DNA of 4,286 nucleotides from a virus (Duplodnaviria; Heunggongvirae; Uroviricota; Caudoviricetes): IMG/VR virus record IMGVR_UViG_2609459864_000004, positions 1 to 4,286 of that record; one strand, 5' to 3'. Shown piece by piece: positions 1 to 4,286 of this stretch (position 1 is its first letter; each line of letters starts with the position of its first letter). The notes under the pieces were generated by a model. It saw only the letters and a program-made list of their open reading frames with translations, ran no database searches and was not told where the DNA came from. The position numbers and the translations under genes were made by a program.

Positions 1-441
1 CTCAGGCCGCAGTCGGTAACCTCGCGCATACAGCCGGGCAGTGACGTCATCGTCTGCGCGGAAATGGACGAACAGTGGGGCTATGTCGGGGCTAAATCGC
101 GCCAGCGCTGGCTGTTTTACGCGTATGACAGTCTCCGGAAGACGGTTGTTGCGCACGTATTCGGTGAACGCACTATGGCGACGCTGGGGCGTCTTATGAG
201 CCTGCTGTCACCCTTTGACGTGGTGATATGGATGACGGATGGCTGGCCGCTGTATGAATCCCGCCTGAAGGGAAAGCTGCACGTAATCAGCAAGCGATAT
301 ACGCAGCGAATTGAGCGGCATAACCTGAATCTGAGGCAGCACCTGGCACGGCTGGGACGGAAGTCGCTGTCGTTCTCAAAATCGGTGGAGCTGCATGACA
401 AAGTCATCGGGCATTATCTGAACATAAAACACTATCAATAA
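1..441 (+). CDS. insB: IS1 transposase InsB (5'-partial, truncated by the window edge; about 146 C-terminal codons)
   Basis: Open frame 1 from base 1 to TAA at 439-441; the ORF-track protein 64..441 is an internal-Met piece of the same frame; sequence recognised as IS1 InsB. Confidence 0.9.
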   Translation, partial: LRPQSVTSRIQPGSDVIVCAEMDEQWGYVGAKSRQRWLFYAYDSLRKTVVAHVFGERTMATLGRLMSLLSPFDVVIWMTDGWPLYESRLKGKLHVISKRYTQRIERHNLNLRQHLARLGRKSLSFSKSVELHDKVIGHYLNIKHYQ

Positions 442-456
442 GTTGGAGTCATTACC
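434..456. repeat. IS1 right terminal inverted repeat (IRR)
   Basis: Reverse complement of 434-456 is GGTAATGACTCCAACTTATTGAT, the IS1 end repeat as I recall it; it overlaps the insB stop codon as in IS1. Confidence 0.8.
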
Positions 457-462
457 GAGTGT

Positions 463-804
463 TTGTTATACGGTCTAATGGTTTTTTCAGCATTAAATAT
501 TTATCATTCATATGGTGTGGGTAGAGTGAATATTGATGAGGCGTCGGGGTGTTTCATCCTTAGGCAGCGTATTGATATAGTCAATGCAGAACGAGCAAAG
601 GCCTTCAGCCGTTTGACAGTTTTGTTCTGTACTCCTGATCGTCTTTCGGGAAGAGACGTTATTATTCTGAATAGTGATGCTATACAGAGGGTTTGCGATG
701 AGTTCATGGTGGCTAATTCAGAATTATTTGCTCTTGTTCAGGAGTACAACAGAATAGCCAGGACCTGTGGTATGGATGAACTTCGGATTACTCATCTGGG
801 GTAG
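463..804 (+). CDS. hypothetical protein; possibly the 3' remnant of a gene interrupted by IS1 (frame is open from 442, directly abutting the IS1 end)
   Basis: 113-codon ORF whose first ATG lies 7 bp after the IS1 terminus and is in the same frame as insB; no convincing Shine-Dalgarno before 463; composition more AT-rich than IS1. I could not assign a family from memory. Confidence 0.3.
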   Translation: MLYGLMVFSALNIYHSYGVGRVNIDEASGCFILRQRIDIVNAERAKAFSRLTVLFCTPDRLSGRDVIILNSDAIQRVCDEFMVANSELFALVQEYNRIARTCGMDELRITHLG

Positions 805-1022
805 ATACATATCTGGATTATCACCGGTTACGGTAAAAAGTGATTGCTTACTGTTTTTGTGAATGGCATTGCAGCAGCCGGATAATGTCAGTGCTGGCTG
901 ACGGTGTGCTGGTGGCGGGGGTGGTGGTTGCTGCTTTCCCGTTGCTGAAAAAGAAAACGCCAGACTGTTAGCCGGGTATCAGTTAGCGGGAGAAATTTTT
1001 AAATACTTCACAATTCAGGCGG

Positions 1023-1058
1023 TTGACTGTTGTCTGGTTTGCGGGGAGTTTGTTAAAA
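1023..1058 (+). promoter_or_regulatory. candidate sigma70 promoter region (-35-like TTGACT at 1023-1028) ahead of a short structured leader; pR'-like position
   Basis: TTGACT is a consensus-class -35 and matches the lambda pR' -35 hexamer as I recall it; the -10 is weak (GAGTTT at 17-bp spacing, TAAAAG further downstream), so this rests mainly on context (upstream of the hairpins and terminator at 1077-1232). Confidence 0.2.
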
Positions 1059-1196
1059 GAAACTGGCATGGTGAATCCCCCTGTGCGGAGGGGCAATCAG
1101 CGAGTAGGTATATGGGATAATCGCGGATTCAGGTGCTGGTACTGAATTCACCGGGAGGCACCCGGCACCATGCAATGGCACATAGCGCCACTCTCC

Positions 1197-1232
1197 AGCC
1201 CCTCTCCGGAGGGGCTGTTTATATTGATTTTG
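1197..1232 (+). terminator. Rho-independent terminator (tR'-like candidate)
   Basis: Perfect 8-bp GC-rich stem AGCCCCTC/GAGGGGCT (1197-1204 / 1209-1216) with 4-nt loop TCCG, followed by T-rich tract GTTTATATTGATTTTG (1217-1232). The T tract is on the + strand only. Confidence 0.55.
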
Positions 1233-1251
1233 TCAGATGTGAGTAAACTCC

Positions 1252-1587
1252 TTATGGACTTTGTTGTTTTAGCCCATAAGGACATATTTGCAGAGTGCAA
1301 CGGTTATTAAAGCATTCATTCAATACGTTATCTGTATTTGTAGGGCATTCCTGGCTGTTTTTGATTAAATTCCAGAATGTTTTATTGAATGGTACTACGT
1401 TGTAAATGGTTACAGGCAGCACTTTGTTATTGAGCATGATGCCTGTGTGAGTCAGTGTAAATATACTTTCAGGAGGTAAGAAAGCATCCGATTGATACCA
1501 GATTATTAATTTTATTTTACTCCATATGACTGAAAAAGATATTCCGCATGATGGCTGGATAACTGTATCAATCACAATCCACTTCAT
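1252..1587 (-). CDS. hypothetical protein (111 aa), AT-rich moron of unknown function
   Basis: Complete minus-strand ORF with a Shine-Dalgarno (AAGGAAA) about 6 nt upstream of the ATG at 1587; markedly AT-rich compared with its neighbours; four Cys in the C-terminal third ([26 protein letters not shown]); no family recognised. Confidence 0.45.
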   Translation of the reverse strand: MKWIVIDTVIQPSCGISFSVIWSKIKLIIWYQSDAFLPPESIFTLTHTGIMLNNKVLPVTIYNVVPFNKTFWNLIKNSQECPTNTDNVLNECFNNRCTLQICPYGLKQQSP

Positions 1588-1847
1588 TTAGTTTCCTTGT
1601 TTATGCCTTGCTGGTGATGTTCTGAAAAGTATAAATGATATTTTTGATTGTAAACCATAGAGCAGAATTATTTTTCTGATGTTGTTTATTGTTTATTTAA
1701 ATGCAGGGTGGTTTATATCTCGTCTTGTAGTTTATCCATGCATATCTGCTTGATGATGAGGTTTTTAATTAAGGTATGGTTTTGTGTTTTTTCTGTATTA
1801 CATGTCAGGTATTTTAAAGAATCATTTTTCAGATGGTGGAAAGAACC
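1588..1847. promoter_or_regulatory. AT-rich divergent intergenic region between the minus-strand ORF and nanS-p (candidate promoters for both)
   Basis: About 260 bp of very AT-rich non-coding DNA between two divergently oriented starts; contains -35/-10-like hexamers (for example TTGATT at 1644-1649 with TTATTT 18 bp downstream), none compelling on its own. Confidence 0.3.
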
Positions 1848-3704
1848 ATGGCATTTAAACACTATGATGTTGTCAGGGCGGCGTCGCCGTCAGATCTTGC
1901 GGAAAAGCTGACACATAAACTGAAAGAGGGCTGGCAGCCGTTTGGTAGTCCGGTGGCCATAACCCCTTATACCCTGATGCAGGCGATTGCAGCAGAAGGT
2001 GATGTGGTCGTCAGTGGTGCAACTGAGCCGGAGTGGTACTACGTCATCGTACTGGCCGGGCAATCCAATGCCATGGCTTACGGTGAAGGGCTTCCGCTTC
2101 CGGATTCTTACGATGCGCCCCACCCACGCATTAAGCAACTGGCCCGTCGCAACACAGTGACTCCCGGTGGTAAAGCATGCGCATTTAACGACATCATTCC
2201 GGCAGACCACTGCCTGCATGATGTTCAGGATATGAGCGCACTGAATCATCCGAAGGCAGACCTGAGCAAAGGGCAGTACGGCTGTGTCGGCCAGGGCTTA
2301 CATATTGCCAAAAAACTGCTTCCGTATATCCCGAATAACGCGGGGATCCTGCTGGTACCATGCTGTCGTGGTGGTTCGGCATTCACCCAGGGCGCGGAGG
2401 GGACATTCAGTGCGGACACGGGGGCCAGCCAGGATTCGGCACGCTGGGGTGTGGGTAAACCGTTATATCAGGACCTGATCGCACGCACCAAAGCGGCATT
2501 ACAGAAGAACCCGAAAAATGTGTTGCTGGCGGTGTGCTGGATGCAGGGCGAATTTGACATGAGCGCTGCCACCTACGCACAGCAACCGGACCTGTTCACG
2601 GCCATGCTGAAGCAGTTCCGTACTGACCTTTCCGGATTTAACGCGCAGTGCCATGGCGGCAGTGCTGCAGTTGTACCGTGGATTTGTGGCGACACGACGT
2701 ATTACTGGAAAAACACATACGGCACACAGTATGACTCCGTCTACGGCGCGTACAAAAACAGGGAGAGCGACAACGTTTTCTTTGTGCCGTTCATGACCGA
2801 CGGTAACGGCAACAACACGCCCACCAACTTACCGGCAGAAGACCCGGATATTGCTGATGCAGGTTATTACGGCGCGCAATCCCGTAGTAATGGTAATTGG
2901 GTATCGTCAAATCGTCCGACACATTTCAGTTCATGGGCGCGCAGGGGCATTATTTCGGATCGCCTGGCAACCGCTATTCTGAACGCAGTTGGTCGAACCA
3001 GCGCCTTCATCAGCGGTACCGCACCGGAGATTAAACCCTCGCCCGGCGGCGACACGCCATCGGGGCCGTCTGATGGTGACACATCCGTTCGTACAGTCTC
3101 CCTGCTGCCGACAGCCGGAGAGGCTGCTGCGCAGGGCTGGACCATCACCGGCGGCAGTGTTGCGCTGGAAGATGGTGTGTTTAAGGTTACCAAGCAGAGC
3201 AATAAAACCTGGTCCCTGATGCATCCGGTGGATGACGCGGTCTCCCTGCTGACACGGGGTGGCAGACTGAGCTGTAAGTTTCGACTGTCAGGCGCACTGA
3301 CCAACAACCAGTTCGGTCTGGGAATTTATCTGTATACCGATGTAGCGTTACCTGACGTCGTGGCGATGACCGGGACTGGTAACCCGTTCCTGATGTCGTT
3401 CTTCACCCAGACCACAGACGGCAAACTGAATCTGATGCATCACAAGAAAGCCGGAAACACAAAGTTGGGCGAGTTCGGGAATTACAGTAACGACTGGCAG
3501 ACGCTGGAGCTGGTGTTCACCGCCGGCAGTGCCACGGTTACTCCGAAACTGAATGGAGTGGCTGGCCCGGCATTCCAGGTCATAAAAGACAGTCTGACAC
3601 TGGGGCTGAATGCGCTGACGCTGACGGATATTACCAAAAATGCAGCGTATGGCGTTGAGATAGAAAGTCTGGTGCTGGAGATAAATGCACCGGCATCATC
3701 ATAA
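1848..3704 (+). CDS. nanS-p: prophage-encoded sialate O-acetylesterase, NanS-p-like (N-terminal DUF1737, SGNH/SASA esterase core, C-terminal putative carbohydrate-binding domain); 618 aa
   Basis: ATG at 1848 has a Shine-Dalgarno-like GGTGGAAAG 5-7 nt upstream; the ORF-track start at 1833 has none. Sequence begins MAFKHYDVVRAASPSDLAEKL (DUF1737-type N-terminus), then YYVIVLAGQSNAMAYGEG with the SGNH block-I nucleophile motif GQSN (Ser codon at 2064-2066), and a WMQGEFD block typical of SASA esterases. Architecture matches the prophage NanS-p family in E. coli. Confidence 0.85.
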   Translation: MAFKHYDVVRAASPSDLAEKLTHKLKEGWQPFGSPVAITPYTLMQAIAAEGDVVVSGATEPEWYYVIVLAGQSNAMAYGEGLPLPDSYDAPHPRIKQLARRNTVTPGGKACAFNDIIPADHCLHDVQDMSALNHPKADLSKGQYGCVGQGLHIAKKLLPYIPNNAGILLVPCCRGGSAFTQGAEGTFSADTGASQDSARWGVGKPLYQDLIARTKAALQKNPKNVLLAVCWMQGEFDMSAATYAQQPDLFTAMLKQFRTDLSGFNAQCHGGSAAVVPWICGDTTYYWKNTYGTQYDSVYGAYKNRESDNVFFVPFMTDGNGNNTPTNLPAEDPDIADAGYYGAQSRSNGNWVSSNRPTHFSSWARRGIISDRLATAILNAVGRTSAFISGTAPEIKPSPGGDTPSGPSDGDTSVRTVSLLPTAGEAAAQGWTITGGSVALEDGVFKVTKQSNKTWSLMHPVDDAVSLLTRGGRLSCKFRLSGALTNNQFGLGIYLYTDVALPDVVAMTGTGNPFLMSFFTQTTDGKLNLMHHKKAGNTKLGEFGNYSNDWQTLELVFTAGSATVTPKLNGVAGPAFQVIKDSLTLGLNALTLTDITKNAAYGVEIESLVLEINAPASS

Positions 3705-3789
3705 AAAGTGAGCCAGTCAAATGGAAGGTATCGTTAAACTCACCGGTAGTGTCAGTGGGTCGTCTGAGATGCCTGCATGAGTTATCAGA

Positions 3790-3819
3790 GCCATCAGTAC
3801 TTAACTGGTGGCTTTTTTT
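3790..3819 (+). terminator. Rho-independent terminator between nanS-p and the holin gene
   Basis: 9-bp stem GCCATCAGT / ACTGGTGGC (3790-3798 / 3804-3812, one G-U pair) with 5-nt loop ACTTA, followed by TTTTTTT (3813-3819). Confidence 0.6.
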
Positions 3820-3854
3820 ATTGTTGTCAGCTTCCGGATAACGGGAGACGGGGT

Positions 3855-4070
3855 ATGTACCAGATGGAAAAAATCACAACAGGTGTGTCATACACCACGT
3901 CAGCGGTGGGAACGGGCTACTGGTTCCTGCAGTTGCTGGACAGGGTTTCCCCGTCTCAGTGGGCGGCAATAGGCGTGCTGGGGAGTCTGCTGTTTGGGCT
4001 GCTGACATATCTGACTAACCTGTATTTCAAAATCAGAGAGGACCGTCGTAAGGCGGCACGGGGAGAGTAA
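3855..4070 (+). CDS. S: class II holin / pinholin (phage 21 S-like, EssQ/EssD family), 71 aa, dual-start motif
   Basis: [71 protein letters not shown]: two predicted TM segments and a charged C-terminal tail, recognised as an S21/EssQ-type holin. Shine-Dalgarno GGAGA about 7 nt upstream of the ATG at 3855. The ORF-track start at 3777 is rejected because it has no RBS and would place the terminator hairpin inside the CDS. Confidence 0.85.
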   Translation: MYQMEKITTGVSYTTSAVGTGYWFLQLLDRVSPSQWAAIGVLGSLLFGLLTYLTNLYFKIREDRRKAARGE

Positions 4071-4074
4071 TTCA

Positions 4075-4286
4075 ATGACTCAAAACTATGAACTGATTGT
4101 GAAAGGGATCCGCAATTTTGAGAATAAAGTTACGGTAACTTTAGCGTTACGGGACAAAAAACGCTTTGACGGTGAAATTTTTGACCTGGACATCTCGCTG
4201 GACCGTGTTGAAGGTGTCGCGCTGGAGTTTTATGAGGCAGCAGCCAGAAGGAGCATCAGACAGGTCTTCCTGGATGTTGCTGCCGG
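4075..4286 (+). CDS. ydfR: DUF826 family protein, YdfR-like (3'-partial, runs off the window)
   Basis: ATG at 4075, 4 nt after the holin stop; translation MTQNYELIVKGIRNFENKVTVTLALRDKKRFDGEIFDLDISLDRVEGVALEFYEAAARRSIRQVFLDVAA resembles the Qin-prophage YdfR protein found between holin and endolysin. Absent from the ORF track because no stop occurs before the window end. Confidence 0.7.
   Translation, partial: MTQNYELIVKGIRNFENKVTVTLALRDKKRFDGEIFDLDISLDRVEGVALEFYEAAARRSIRQVFLDVAA

Larger units (their letters stand above)
1..456 (+). mobile_element. IS1 insertion sequence, right-hand portion (left part lies outside the window)
   Basis: Frame-1 translation from base 1 ([37 protein letters not shown]...HYLNIKHYQ) matches my recollection of the C-terminal part of IS1 InsB; the element ends with the characteristic IS1 terminus ...CACTATCAATAAGTTGGAGTCATTACC at 456. 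Confidence 0.9.

Noticed and set aside
117-407. 96-aa minus-strand ORF inside IS1
   Set aside because: Lies entirely antisense within the well-supported insB coding region; a shadow ORF with no independent support.
504-707. 67-aa minus-strand ORF overlapping the 463..804 ORF
   Set aside because: Fully embedded antisense to the longer + strand ORF; no RBS noted; treated as a shadow ORF, though the + strand ORF itself is only weakly supported.
1077-1093. GC hairpin CCCCT..AGGGG as a second terminator
   Set aside because: Not followed by a T tract; more likely part of a structured leader RNA than an independent terminator.
840-1250. Possible tRNA genes (expected by analogy with Stx phages)
   Set aside because: No segment shows the T-loop consensus (GTTCGAATC-like), a 3' acceptor context or cloverleaf pairing; the GC hairpins present are better explained as leader or terminator structure.
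1833-1847. Upstream alternative start (MVERT...) for nanS-p
   Set aside because: No Shine-Dalgarno precedes ATG 1833, whereas ATG 1848 has GGTGGAAAG at proper spacing; 1848 preferred and 1833 kept as a possibility.
1708-1911. 67-aa + strand ORF overlapping the nanS-p start
   Set aside because: Begins in AT-rich intergenic DNA without an RBS and runs out of frame into the nanS-p N-terminus; the product is low-complexity and Arg-rich. The nanS-p frame has a recognisable conserved N-terminus.
1890-3307. Six shadow ORFs (1890..2249 -, 2194..2382 -, 2284..2478 +, 2867..3307 -, 2931..3224 -, 2989..3219 +) inside nanS-p
   Set aside because: All lie entirely within the long, motif-supported nanS-p reading frame on alternative frames or the opposite strand, and their products are Arg/Pro/Cys-rich as expected for out-of-frame reads of GC-rich coding DNA.
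3777-3854. Longer 97-aa version of the holin ORF starting at ATG 3777
   Set aside because: The extension has no RBS, would contain the terminator hairpin and T7 tract, and adds a Cys/Phe-rich segment not seen in S21/EssQ-type holins; ATG 3855 gives the canonical 71-aa dual-start protein with a good RBS.
1-4286. CRISPR arrays or other tandem repeats
   Set aside because: No direct repeats with regular spacing were visible anywhere in the window.

Overview
The window reads as the Q-to-lysis junction of a lambdoid (Qin / phage-21-like) prophage from an E. coli/Shigella-type genome, with a partial IS1 copy at its left edge. Left to right: (i) the right-hand ~456 bp of IS1, with the 3' part of insB and the IS1 right inverted repeat; (ii) a 113-codon ORF that starts immediately at the IS1 junction and may be the remnant of an interrupted gene; (iii) a ~450 bp mostly non-coding stretch with a TTGACT -35-like hexamer, several GC hairpins and an intrinsic terminator, resembling a pR'/tR'-type late leader; (iv) an AT-rich 111-aa ORF on the minus strand with a good Shine-Dalgarno and no recognisable family; (v) a 618-aa prophage-type sialate O-acetylesterase (NanS-p-like: DUF1737 N-terminus, SGNH/SASA esterase core with GQSN motif, ~220-aa C-terminal extension); (vi) a strong intrinsic terminator; (vii) a 71-aa dual-start pinholin (S21/EssQ-like); (viii) the start of a YdfR-like DUF826 gene running off the window. 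The slot between the late leader and nanS-p is where Shiga-toxin genes sit in Stx phages; here it holds the unknown minus-strand ORF instead, which is the best candidate for something undescribed. All assignments rest on reading the sequence and recalled family knowledge; no database search was run.
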